Shown: in pieces, positions 25,430 to 38,770 of the stretch
Position numbering within the stretch: position 1 is the first letter of the stretch
Layout: each line of letters begins with the position of its first letter
Origin: Octopus bimaculoides
Taxonomy: Eukaryota
DNA length: 64,000 nt
Assembly (NCBI RefSeq): GCF_001194135.2
Contig: NC_068989.1
Span: 21,820,036-21,884,035 of the forward strand
Direction of reading: 5' to 3'
Position numbers and translations under genes: made by a program
Notes under the pieces: generated by a model
What the model was told of the DNA's origin: nothing
Database searches by the model: none
Seen by the model: only the letters and a program-made list of their open reading frames with translations

Positions 25430-26040
25430 GCCCCACTTTAGCATATATCTCAAACAGAATTGAACAAACAGCAAACAAACTCTACCTCCACGAAACAGGA
25501 AGGTTAAAATCCCTATATACTAATCAAATTGCTTATAGAACAATGTTAAAGAGAAACATAAACATACAACCTTTACTCAAATATTTTTGTGAACATAAAG
25601 GCACAAAAGAAACAACTTTCAATACTAACGAAGTCATGACATGCCTGATTAATCACCCCAACCTTACAAATGAAAACAAGAAATATCCTAAATATCAACA
25701 TGATTAGCCTAAATTTACCACCTACATACTTTTGAAAAATAAGTTGACACACCCAATTCCTAAGGGCTTAAATACTGGACTTTGTACCTTTGGCCCTTAC
25801 ATTGTCAAAACAAATTATTAAATCCACCAAAATCAATAAAAAATACTGTCATACCTCATGCTTACCTAACAAAAGAGAAACTACATACGTGTTTACAAAG
25901 TTCAACGTGCATTGATAAATTCTAAACAATAACCCCAAATTTAATCAAAATGTTTCCAAAACACCTTTCCATAATAAACCATGAAAACTTAATTACCACC
26001 GCACTCAACATAGACTATATAAAGGCAAAACTAACTCTAA
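25430..26040 (+). mobile_element. Possible decayed L1-like LINE 3' fragment
   Basis: Strong A/C strand bias and broken frames containing KYCHTSCLPNKRETTYVF, reminiscent of the C-terminal Cys/His motif of L1-clade ORF2. Confidence 0.35.
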
Positions 26041-26889
26041 TGCATTGCAGTGTGATGATGATTTAGCTGGCCGAAACTTCAGAGTCACTCTTAACATTCT
26101 TGTTTAAGAATAAGTTTCTGATCTTTGCCTTGAGGAAATGTATAACATAATTACTTCTAAATTGATATTATTGAATTGTAAAAGTAATTTTACAATGAAA
26201 TGTTCTCATAAATATAGAACATTTAAATATTTCAATACTAAATAACCCATCAATTATGATTGCTTTTCCTACAAACTGATAGGCATAATTTTTCTAAAAC
26301 ATTTCTTAGCATATTTAATTGATAGAAAACTAATTGTCATGACATAGGATTTCTATGTTCCTATTCATTCATTACATACTGACGTCATCAAAAGTTAAAT
26401 ATTAAACTGGATTTTCTTAAAATATTATATTTCTTCTTCACATTTATTTTTGCATGCATTCATTTATTAGAGATATTTTCTAAGTTCACTTTTAATTTAA
26501 AGTATTTTGAATTGCTTTGATAATCTGTGTTTGCATATATTTTCAGATGCATTAATTTGACTGGTATAAAATACCAGTCAAATTAACATAACTTTTTCTG
26601 TATCTAAATATGTTGACACAATAGAAATGATAGTTGGTAATGTATGGTGCAATCATCAATTAAAGATGTGATTTTCTCCTTTCTTATTTTTGTTGTCTTA
26701 TACTCTGAATTTCTTGAAATGATATTTGGATTTACTTTGCCATACATGAAGAATTATCTTGAATGTTTATTCTATTTGCATTTATTGTTATCTGATTGTT
26801 GGATATAGTTAACCAAATTCATTTAACACCTCATGCTTTATAGATATCTGCCTGGATTTATTAATCCCTTTTACTTCTTGATATCTATA

Positions 26890-27697
26890 TGAGAGCTGAT
26901 CACACGGTAAAGCCACTTGGTACAGATTGACCTTGTATTCTGCTGTGCATGTGCACTAAGTTTTAATGTTCTAGCTCACTTCCACTGTTTACAACAGTGC
27001 TTCAAAGGAACATGTGTAGTGTGTGATCATGACACTGACCATGACAGAGAAAATTGAGCAGAGAATCTGCATCAAATTTTGCCAAAAGTTTGGCAATACC
27101 TGCTCAGAGTCCAATGCAAAGTTTTCAAAAGGTTTTCATCGTTCTCAACACAATCAAGATCTTGTGCAACTGAAACCTCGAGTGTCTTTTTGGTCAGCTG
27201 AAAACAGTTTTGACACATATCTCATACCCAAATCTTCAGTGATAATGGACTGAACTGAACCGTAACTAATCTGCACATCCTCTGATAACTCACAGCTGCA
27301 TGCACATTTGCAATGTTTTTCTCAGTTCTGCTGGTTGCAGGTCTCCCAGAACGTTCATCGATATCAACATTTTTTCAGCCATCTACGAAACGTCTGAACC
27401 ACTCGTACACTTGTGTGCAGCTCATACACTTCTCTTCATACACTTTCTGCAACTTTGTGTAGGCCTCTGAGCAGGTACTGCCATGACAACTTTCTCTGTC
27501 ATGTTCAATGCAACAATCACATACTACACACCTTCCTTCCAAGCAGTGTTGTAAGAAGCAGCAGTGAGCTAAAATATCAAAACTTAGTGCACATGCACAG
27601 CAGAGTTCAAGGTCAATTTGTGCCGAGCAGCTTTACTCTGCATTCTTTAGCTTCGTTACTATGGCAACAGTCCGGACACTTATTGATCAGCAAGCGC
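26890..27697. mobile_element. Non-autonomous mariner derivative with the 5' end present at both termini
   Basis: The plus arm encodes MTEKIEQRICIKFCQK. The minus arm encodes ...YTKLQKVYEEKCMS..QVYEWFRRF..DIDERSGRP. The two leaders are reverse complements, with TIR-like tgagagctgatca / tgatcagc. Confidence 0.85.
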
Positions 27698-27736
27698 GCA
27701 CATGTGTGTGTGTGTGTGTTTGTGTGTGCGTGCGCG

Positions 27737-27772
<36 letters not shown>

Positions 27773-28363
27773 CCCCAGAGGGGATTAACACACATTACTG
27801 ATAGCATATATAATAATACTACAGTTGGATCCAGAGAAAAGATATCTAATGATGGCATGACAGTACTAATGATGGTTCTTTCATATGTAATTACATTGCT
27901 ACAGATCCTGGAAGATATAGTCAATTGTAATATTTAATATATGATTGTTACTTGATCAAACATGAAAAGATGAAAGGCAAAAGGCCATTATGTAACTTAG
28001 AGGGAGAGGACAGAGTACACAGTACTCAACCAGTAACTTTGTCTTATAAACACAGATGAGATTGAAGCAAAGATCATAAATGGTCATAACTAAATTAGCA
28101 CATGACCAATTTTGCCAATCCACTGCCCTTCCTTCATTCATTTTTACATCAGTTTTTCTGATAGTATGGGTTAGACAAATATGTTGCTGAGGCATTGTTA
28201 TACAAATAGATACTCTTCCTGACACTAATTTTCAGTTGGTTTGTATCCCACATGGCTTAAGAAGTACAAAGCAAAGGAACAGTTTATTGACAGAGGTACC
28301 AACAACAATGCCATCCAATTATGATTTTCATAAAAGAAAGCACAGATATAAAACACAAGCACA

Positions 28364-28413
<50 letters not shown>

Positions 28414-28416
<3 letters not shown>

Positions 28417-28556
28417 GACTTCTTTTTAATTTCTATCTGCCAAATTCACCCAGGGCTTTGGCTGACCCATGGCTACAGTTGAATATACATGCCTCATGTG
28501 CCATACAGTTGGACTCAACCTGAAACCGCATGGTTGAGAAATGATACAACCATACC
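28414..28556 (-). mobile_element. SINE C head preceded by (CA)n
   Basis: ttctatctgccaaattcacccagggctttggctgaccc...gcatggttgagaa. Confidence 0.65.
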
Positions 28557-28791
28557 TGTAACTATTCATTTATGTTAACAAAGACAAGAACTGAAGATAG
28601 ACATTACGAAACAACTGAACAATAGTATTATAAATTCAGTGAAGCTTTTTTTTAGCAGGTATACATATACACAAACATACATACTCAGTAATAACCTGAA
28701 GTCAAAACGCAAAGTTTTGAAACTAAAAGCTACTCCTTACCAGTTTTAAAACTGGTAAGGAATAGCTTTAGGCATCTCACAAGATAACCAA

Positions 28792-29010
28792 TATTCTTTT
28801 CTACTCTACGCATAAGGCCCGAAATTTTTGGGGAGGGGGGCCAGTCGATTACATCAACCCCAGTATGCAACTGGTACTTAATTTATCAACCCCGAAAAGA
28901 TGAAAGGTAAAGTCAACCTCAGCGGAATTTGAACTCAGAACATAAAAACAGATGAAATACTGCTAAGCATTTCGCCCGGCATGCTAACGCTTCTGCCAGC
29001 TAACCACCTT
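28792..29010 (-). mobile_element. SINE family A, full length with TSD
   Basis: Complete head-to-tail copy flanked by the 13-bp direct repeat ACAAGATAACCAA (28779-28791, 29011-29023). Confidence 0.9.
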
Positions 29011-29208
29011 ACAAGATAACCAACATTAAAACATTGACTCGAATCAACAGTCAATATAAATAGACAATATTATGCTATTTCCATTATAGTATAATATTTT
29101 ATAGCACACTACAATATTATACTATTTCTATTCAGACAGTAACGTGAATAGTTAAGTTAGTGTTAACATAGTTAATGTAGCTGAAAAGCAAAAATCCAGT
29201 TAAAAGTA

Positions 29209-29640
29209 CAGATATGGGTTGAAAAGTTCATAGAGTGACTCTGAAGGTAGAGCTATGGAATCTTGCATGCATTCATTTCAGCTCTCTTATATATAACTGC
29301 ATTGCTTCTTTCCAGGTAAACTGACACCTGACTGTTCAAAGAAGGCTTTAAAAGTAACTAGTAGCGACTTGAAAATGGACAAAATATGGCATCATAATGT
29401 TATCAAAATATGGCATCATAGTGTTATCAAGTACCAGCAGAAAAAGAGTTTGGCCCCCAAGGACATTCATGCTGACATGCTTGCTACATTAGAGGATGAC
29501 ACGCCATCTTTATCAACAGTGCAAAAGTGGGTAGCTGAATTTAGGAGGTGAAGGCAGAGTTTTACAGATGATCCAAGATCTGGACGACCTGCAGCTTCCA
29601 CCACCGAGGAAAACAATGAATGTGTTCACCTCATATTTGA
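29209..29640 (+). mobile_element. Mariner 5' fragment (N-terminal HTH region)
   Basis: MDKIWHH..VIKYQQKKSLAPKDIHADML...STVQKWVAEFRR*...DDPRSGRP. It starts after TA with a TIR-like gggttgaaaagttc. Confidence 0.8.
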
Positions 29641-30438
29641 TGAAGAAATACAGGAGGCATGGTTCAGTTTTGATAGACTTTCTCAGCAAAGCAGAGAAAG
29701 TCTAACAAGTCTTATAATATTGGACATAAGTAATTGTGAAAAATTAGCTGATTTAAGAAAATTATCATTGATGTTAGTCACTGAAGGAGTAATATGAATA
29801 ATCCTATTAGGTAGGGTAGATAAGAGTGTAAATCAGGAAGCCTAATCAAGCAATGATCAACCTGAGACACTATGTTCAAGAATGGTGTGATCTTTTTTTT
29901 ATGCAAGTCAGTTTATCGTGACTTTTGAACTCTAAACAATGAACATGATTAAAAAAAAATCTCTAAAGCTTCCCCTTTTGTAAGATATTTTTGCTCATTA
30001 GACTTTTCATTAGTAAGTTATGAATTAGTCAAGTGTATTCAGGAGTACATGAACACACATATGTGGGTGATATACAGACACATATGAGTCATTAACGGGT
30101 TTTAAAATAATTATATATAACATGTGATGTGCAATCTTTCACAATCATCAAATTTTTTTTTTATTTTTAGATGATTTAAAACTGTTGAATGGTGCACAGA
30201 AACATCTTCGAAGTTAAATGAACAATATCCAGTTCATAATTTCTTAGTTTTGAAACTACATCACACATTTTACACCGTATATACGTTATATCAATTCTCA
30301 GTCTGTAACATGAATCAGCTAATTAGGTAAAATTAAATATTTGCACAGTCAGTACCTTGGGAAGTACCCTCTACTGTAGCCCTGGGCCAACCAAAGCCTT
30401 ATGAGTAGATTTAGTAGACAGAAACCTACAGCAGCTCA

Positions 30439-30476
<38 letters not shown>

Positions 30477-32169
30477 TAGTGTTCAGTGAAGGAAAGACGA
30501 CAAAAAAAGTTATCCATTTCGTGTGTTTAATGAATATAGTATAAATTTTTATTAGCTACTAATAGTTTCGTGTGATGAAAACAACACAGACAGCATTTTA
30601 TAACACATCTGGTGCCTTCATGCAATTTCAGGCAGTGCTCACATGGTGTGTGTGTGTGTGTGTGTGTGCGCGCGCACGCATGTGTGTGCATATGTCTTTC
30701 TACTGCTTGACAACCGATGTTGGTCTGTTTACATCCTTGTAACTTAGCAGTTCAGCAAAAGAACTCGACAGAATAAGTAACAGACTTAAAAAAGGGTGAG
30801 TACTAGTTGCAATTTGTTTGACTAAAGCCCTTCAAGTGCTGTCCCAACATGACTGCAGCACAATGTCTCAAACAAGTAAAAGAGAACTGATAAACAGTTG
30901 GATGCAATATCTTACTGTCAGGCATTTTGAAAGTCTTCATGGTTTATTAAATAATAATAGCTGCCAAACTAACTGTTGATACTTTCATGTTTGAAATAAG
31001 TGTTATGTGATAGAGTAGACAACAGCTTCCTGTATCATCAAGTTTGTTTATTGCAATTACTCTTATGCTGCTAATGAAAAAATACAAAGCAATAGATCTG
31101 AAGACAATATATCAGTAATACTTATCACTAAATGCTCAGTTAGTTGATAGGCAGCAAGTCAACTGCACAGAGAGCAAAACTATTTTGTTTCAAACTAAGG
31201 ACCCACATACAGTTCACTATAGCATTTCAAAGACTGCGCATACATTTGGTCATAACAAAAAATATACTGAGCTCAATTATAATAAAATAAACTAAGAGAT
31301 ATCAGAAATATTATTGGAATATGAATTCCAACCAAAAAGTAGAAATATTCCCCTTAATAACATTTGTATTACTAAAAACACCATATTTGTATTGAGGCTG
31401 GTTTTATTCATCTTAGAGATTGTGTGTCAGAAAAACTGACACACAATTAGTTGACATCAGTATCACTATCCTTTATATATGTTTCTCTATTCAAGTTAGC
31501 ACATCTGCCTGGAAGGCTGTATTTCAACTTGGAATAATGAAAAACAAGAGCTTCATTTTGGTTTGCCAGTTGAGGGGATCAAGCCATACGCTTGGCCACA
31601 AAAGACTTCAGTGTTGATTATGAAATTAGCAAAAATGATTTATGATTTAAAGATGTTGTTTATACAAACATCTTCCAAATTACTTCCTAGTTGGGCTCAA
31701 AGTTGAATCAATCAGTATTTAACCTAGATGAAAAGATCCTTACTCCACATAATATAGAAAAAGATTTTAAATTAATAATAGTCTAACAACAAACCCTATA
31801 GAATATCTTAAAATCTCTGTTTTGCTATGTAAGTCTCAAGAATTAATATAAATTAAAAAATAAGATTGAAGATAAAAATCAATAACTGAGGAATTATTTA
31901 GGAATTATTTGGAAATTAGTTTTGAAAATATGTTTTGAAGCTGCCTTATTGAAGAAATATCTGACGGCAGGTCCTAAATATTATCATCTGCCATTTTTCA
32001 CACAGAACCATATGAAATGAGATATAGTTGTAATATATCAAAATCTAAAGAATGAAGTTGTTTTAATTCATCAGATGTANNNNNNNNNNACACACACACA
32101 CACACACACACGCACACACACGCACACACGCACGCACACGCACACACACACACACACACACACCGTTTA

Positions 32170-33080
32170 TCTTTTACTTGTTTCAGTCATTAGACTGTAG
32201 GCCTTTGAAGAATTTTAGTCAAATGAGCTAACCCCAGTACTTATTCTATCAATCTCTTTTGCCAAACTGCTAAGTTACAGGGATGTAAACACAAAAAAAA
32301 TACCAAATGTCAAACAGTAGTGAGGGGATAGACACAAACACATGCAGACACACACACACACACACACGATGGGCTTCTTTTAGTTTCTGTCTACAAAATC
32401 CACTCACAAGGCTTTGGTCAGCCCAAGGTACCATGCAGTAGTGGTATGAACCCACAACCATGCAACTGGGAAGCAAATTTCATACCACACAGCCACTCCT
32501 GCGCCTATATACACACACCCACAAATATTCTCACCTACATCTTTTCACTTGTCTCGGTCATTTGACTGCAGCCATGCTGGAGCACTACCTTGAAGGGTTT
32601 CAGTCAAACAGATCGACCCCAGGGCTTATTTTTTAAGCTTTGTTCTCCTGGTCTTCTTTGCCAAACCACAAAGTTACGGTGATGTAAACACACTAACACC
32701 AGTTGTCAAGCAGTAATGCAAGGACAAACAGACACAAAGACACACACACATGTGTATGTGTGTGCGTGTGTATGTGTGTGTGTGTATGTAAAAGGCTTCT
32801 TTCAGTTTCTGTCTACAAAATCCACTCACAAGGCTTTAGTAGAAGACACTTGCCCAAGATGCCATGCAGTGGAACTGAACCCAGAACCCTGTGGTTAAGA
32901 AGCAGGCTTCTTACCACACAGGCTTCTTTCAATTTCCATCTACAAAATCCACTCACAAGGCCTTGGTCAGCCCAAAGCTATAGTAGAAGACACTTGCCCA
33001 AAGTGCCATGCTGTAGTGGTATGAACCCGCAACCATGTGGTTGGGAAGCAAATTACTTACCACAGAGCTACTCTTGCACC
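32170..33080 (-). mobile_element. Two SINE C copies (32170-32495; 32540-33080, the second with a duplicated head)
   Basis: Tail + (CA)n + head order, twice. The head motif aaaatccactcacaagg occurs at 32398, 32818 and 32945. Confidence 0.85.
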
Positions 33081-33582
33081 TATACACACACACACACACA
33101 CACCTATATATATAAAACACACACACATATCTGCACACATACCAACATAGAAAGAAAGCACATTAAATAATTATGATGATGATAATGATGACACACACAC
33201 ACACACACACACACACGCACGGGAGGAAAGAATGCTATTAGCTATGGCAAGATGGCACAAATTTCTTTCCTTAAAATAAAAAAAAAATTTTTTAAAAAAC
33301 ATTACAAAAGTTTCTATTGAATGTCTCCTATCCCTCTAGTATTTAATAACATAAAAAGTCAGATTCATTTTTTTTTTTTTATTCAGTACTACTAGAATAG
33401 AAAGAAAATTTAAGAAAAAAACGCATTGTCATTACAGTAAAGTTAAGAATATTAGTCACATAATTCAAGTATCACTCATAAAATACCCAAAACAATAAGT
33501 AAAAGTAGGAAAATAGAATATGTATGTTGTAAACTTCAGAAGTAAGTGTGGAGTATTCACCATACAAATATAAATCTGAGAT

Positions 33583-33810
33583 TTAACCCTTTAGCATTCA
33601 GGTTTCTTTGTCGAGCGTATTGCTTTTTTATTCACATTGTTTTGTACTAACCATGCATCATCTTGTAGCTTCAAGATTTTGATCGTGTGTTTGTATATTT
33701 TTAGAATAACCTTGTAGGGTAGGTGTGCCAGGTTGCATTTAGTCAGTTTTAACATAAAACAGGTAGAATATTTGGGCCAGGTATGGCTGGATTAAATGCT
33801 AAAGAGTTAA
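33583..33810. mobile_element. piggyBac-type MITE (family G)
   Basis: TTAACCCTTTAGCATT ... AATGCTAAAGAGTTAA. Confidence 0.8.
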
Positions 33811-34914
33811 CAAGCAAAAGGTGTTTTGGGGGACTGTCTCTGGAAAGTAAAGGATAGGCTTCCCTTTTTTACAATTAAAGCTGGAATGTACAAATGTATA
33901 AATTTCCAGTTATAAAGCTGGTCAACTAATGTAACAGTTATTTCCAATGAAAATATAACTTTTAATAATGAAATTTTGTTAATTTGTCATACAATTATTT
34001 AATCTGAACACAAATTTTGTCTAATGTAAAATTTTTAGTAACCTTTAATTCCTGTCTAGATTCTACTTTAACTATAGTTAAAAAAAGGGGAAGTGGTTAG
34101 TCTTAAATAATTTCAGCCATACACCAAATCTTGAACAAGCAAACGATGAAACCTCTACGTGATTTTTCAATCTGCTTTAAATACCAGCCAAATCAAGGGT
34201 TTTAAAACACACACACATATTGGCTGATGTGGTTATAAATTAGGATAGTCATGGATGGAATGTCTTTCATCAAGGTGAGCTCAATCAGGGCTAGTACTAA
34301 TCAAAATCTCCTCATGGTGCACACACCAACTTCAAAATTATAAGCTGAATGTCAACTTTAGCAGTCCAGGATGGTCTCCCCTAATGACACAGGACCACAA
34401 ATACTGTGAAGGGTAGAATACACTGCTTAACAGGTACTTCATTTTATCGACCCTGGAAAGACAAAGGGGAAAAAGCCAACCCCAGAAGGATTTGAACTAA
34501 GACTATAAAGAGTCATTCATAACTGACGCCAGGAATTTTGTTTGCCAAACTAGTATTTCTGCTACTATGAGGCCTTTCTCTGACTAAATATCAAAAATAA
34601 TGCTATATTGCATGGGCAAGAATAAAACCTTGTTTATTTACTACTAACAGAATACAAAGGTGACATGAATGAACTAACAACCATCTAGATCAGTTGTGCA
34701 GAATATCTGAAATACCAGGAGTTTATTGTAAATACATATAAACCTGGGGTGGTATATCTACACTGAAAAAAATAATGAATCTTGAATTATATAAGATTCA
34801 GTGCACTGACATGGCCACAGCCTTAGGGCTGAAACATATAAAAGAATAAAAATTGTAATGTAGATGTCTTGCAAACAACTCTCACATGCAAGTGCTACCA
34901 GTCAAGAACTCTGC

Positions 34915-35430
34915 ATACTGGAAGCCAGCATGTGTATGGGGTCATCGGGAGAGAATGCGTGCCGTTTCGGGGCCTACCTCTCGATAGCATTAATGCGCAC
35001 CAGCCCCTATCACTGATATGAGGCCCCGCTTGCTAGATCAACTGGTTATTAAAAACAAAGCTCAATATTTCTCTAGCCATCGCTCATCGTCTATTTTTAA
35101 CCAAATCCAGTGGCTAGCCTTCTCCACTGTAGTTTGGACATCGGTCACGGTGGTATTTACTTTACGATGAGTTAGGCCTAACGATAACAACAGTCGTCTC
35201 ACACTGTGTCCAACAAACCCTCTACATCCAACTTCGATTGGAAAATTCTCCACTTTCCAGCTTGCGTCTTCACATTCCTCTAGGTTTACATAACGGTCAA
35301 TCTTTCGAGCCCAAGCGGCGTCCATATTATCTTCATGAGGAACCGTTAACTCGACTAGATTTACAACTTACCTTCTTTCACACTACATTAAAATGTCCGG
35401 TTTTTCCGTAACTGGGATGGGAAAGAATGT
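34915..35430 (-). mobile_element. 5'-truncated non-LTR retrotransposon with restriction-like endonuclease (HERO/NeSL-like)
   Basis: ELTVPHEDNMDAAWARKIDRY...FPIEVGCRGFVG...ASHWIWLK, a PD-(D/E)xK-type C-terminus, followed by a GC-rich 3' UTR. Confidence 0.8.
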
Positions 35431-37339
35431 TTTGGTATTAAGACTTAACCCTTCAATATTCAGATTACTTGTCAAATGTAATACTTATCTATTCATATTG
35501 TTTGGAATTAATTATGCATTATTTCATAGATATTGTAAGGTAGGCCAGATCTGGCCAGTTTGAACATAACACAGGTAGAATATTTAGGCCGATTATAGCC
35601 AGTTTAAAGGTAAAGGATTAAATACTGTTGTTTCCTTATAGATTTTTTTGAGAATATCAGTGGAAACAGTCGCAATGTGAATGAAACTTTGCCCACGTGC
35701 ACCGGCTTTCACCCCCACCCATGTCTAACTAAACACCTGAGGTATGTTATTTGTCCTGACATGCAAAGGGGTTCTCTATACAATGTAACTAACCATTAAT
35801 TATACCACATATCCTAAAATGCAAAATGTACCCCGTTTCTGGCTTAACTGGTCACATGAAGCATACCATGTATCCTACATGCAAGAGGCTCCCTCTACCC
35901 TGATCTAACTGACTGCATGAGATATACCATGTGTTCTAACAAGTGAAACAAATGTAAAGTAGAAATGTAAATATATATAACACTGAACATCACACTTGCA
36001 ATTAATCCCAAACTAATCACCCTACTGAAACAATATAGCAACAACCAGCAATAAGCCTCTTAATTACTAATGCTTTGCTGACATACAAAAGGCTCACATC
36101 ACTTGGGGAAAACTAGACACATTTATAGTTAAGCATGGTAATAGAATGTTTATAAAGATTAGCTCAATTGATCTGGGGTTTCATCGTTGTAACTATTGTA
36201 GCTGGTTCTATCAAATAATCTAGACTGGGGTGAAATACTGAAGGTTGACATGGCTGACTCGAGGTCAAACAACATGAGGTAATGGTCATAGAGATATGAT
36301 CAGACTTTCAAAACATGAACACCCACAACTTACTTCCTCTCATTATGATCCAGGACTATTATAACCAACGTGTAATGTCCCTTTTTTAAGATGGTGAAAT
36401 GTGATTTGTTGCAGGTCACCAACTACATAGAGGATCCCTTATAAGCTTGATTATTTCACATGTTCCAATTTAGTTTAATGATGTAGTGCAATTTCATTTC
36501 ATACAGTGCAGGATTTTGACTGGTTTCTACTTTGGTTTCATAGCTCAGTCAAGAGAATGGCCACCAACCTTTTGCATGAACTCAGAAGCTGGGTAGGGGA
36601 CATCAAGATAAACTCAGACTGAGAACTCGGGTCGAGTGTTTGAAACAGAATTAGTACTCCACGAAAAGGAACTCAAGGAAAGCAGGGCAGATGGAAGGTT
36701 TAAACCAAATGATGGATTAGGATTTGTTCTGACTGAACATATTTTGAGAAAAAAAAAAAAATATACCACAGCACACTAATATGAATGGCAAAAATGAAGA
36801 TATAAATTTTTATTATGTTGAGGGGGCTTTGGGAAAGTAATACATTTCCCTAACAATGTAACAAGATATAGCAATTTGTTAAACGAATCTACTAATTATG
36901 CTACAGATAGGGAACTGTGGTGAAAATGGATTAATAAGTTTGGATACACAACATTTCTTTCAGACTACTCCTTATGGAAAGAGAATGTGATGAAACAAAA
37001 TATCTTGATAGTTACATTGTACCCCCCAATACAATGCAAATATTATGACAGTGTGCAGTGAGTTTGCACATGAAACTGAAGCATGCGCTAAACATGACCT
37101 GCATCTAAAAATAATCAGGAAGTTACATAACACTATAAACATTATTTAATAGCACATGCTTTTTACACCTCTGAGCCTAATCATTCTATTCTGCATATTT
37201 AGAAATATCACATTGAGGCACAGAAACAGAAAACACGAAACAAAATAGAAAAAAAAAGAAAGAAATTATGTGGTATATCATTACATGCTGATGACAGTTG
37301 CTGTCACACCTGAAAATCTTATTAAGCTGGTGAAGGTAT

Positions 37340-37600
37340 GTGCAGGCAAGATGCATGCTAAAGAAGTTTGCTTCACACCCATGTTGTTCCAGGTTCAATC
37401 ACACTGCACAGCAACATGAGCAAGTGTCTTCTTCTGTAGACCAGGGCTGACTTATGCCCTTTGTGAGTGAAGTTAGTAGACAGAGACTGTGAAGAAGCCC
37501 ATCATTTACATGTGTGTGCATCTGAGTGTATGCATGTGTGTGCATCTGAGTGTATGCATGTGTGTGAGCATGTTCAAGCATGCATGCATACATGTTGATA
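37340..37600 (+). mobile_element. SINE C head followed by a 24-bp tandem repeat (tgtgtgtgcatctgagtgtatgca x2)
   Basis: gaagtttgcttcacacccatgttgttccaggttcaatc...gagcaagtgtcttc. Confidence 0.65.
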
Positions 37601-38439
37601 CGTGTCACACAGGACTAAATAAATCGTCTGATTGAGTGGGAGAATAGTAGAGAGGGAGACAGCTTTATGCAGTATCAAGAAGATAAAGTATGAAAGATGG
37701 GGAAGGAACAGGTTTCTTGCCATAGAGGAAATATCTAGTTCCCTCACACAATATATGGTGGGTGGACAAGAATAATCAGGGTGGAAAGAGAGAAAAAGAT
37801 GATCCTGGTGAGGTATCACAGCATATCCTCAAGATACAAGAAGGGAAATGGAAGAGTGTGAAGAGAAAGGACTGAGAAAGTTAAATGGGTAGAGGATGCG
37901 AGAGAGTGTAGAAGGAGAGTGGGAGATGGTTAGAGATGGGGTAGGGGTAAATGTAACAAATGGAAAGTAAAGGTGGAGGGGTAGTCAATGATTAATATGA
38001 ATTGGAGAGAAGGTGATAAGATTGAAGGATGGATATCATTAAAGTGCTTTTAATTAGCATTTGATAAAAGCCAGAATATAAAGAATATTACTCGATTTTT
38101 GCCTCTAAAATGTTGTAAAAATTTGATGAATAGTAATAGATTGACCACAACTAATATTCCAGCTATTATTATCTCATACACATATGTTCGTCACTGGAAC
38201 ACTGTGAGCAGTTGGGGTGGTATTGCTTTGCTTACATAGATTTTTTTTTATATTACTAGTGGTGAGAGTAAGCAGAGCGATAACAGGTAAATTTTGCAGG
38301 ACTTTATGAGGTTTAAAATATTGCTCATGTTGATATTTATAGAGAAAAGTGGTGTAGATATGTTTAATGTTTGGTTTAGTATGAGACACAGAAAGACTGA
38401 CAAGTGGAAGAATCAGGTTGGTTTTAGGTAATGGGACAG

Positions 38440-38770
38440 TGAGGGCGTGATGCTCGTAGTAGCAGTAGTTATGGCGCTTTGGAGTATGCAGTGTTAGTAG
38501 TGATGGACAGTGATGGTATGGAGCTTATAGTAGTAGAGCCTACAACAGCAGCAGCAACGGTGGAGTATTGGTATGGTGCTGTGGTAAAAGCAGTAATGGG
38601 ATATAGCTTAAAGCAGCAGTCATGGACAGTGAAGTTATGGGGCTGCAATAGTAGCAGTGATGACAGCAGTGGTACGAAGCTAAGAGTGGTAGCAGTAGCG
38701 ATGGATAATGCTGGTATGGAGTTGCAGCAGTAGGGGAAACAGTGAGGTGATTAAGGTGCTGCTACCAAAT
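38440..38770. repeat. Degenerate (GTA/GCA/GTG)-rich low-complexity tandem repeat
   Basis: Recurrent ggtatggagct..gtagtag..gcagtaatgga units. Confidence 0.6.
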
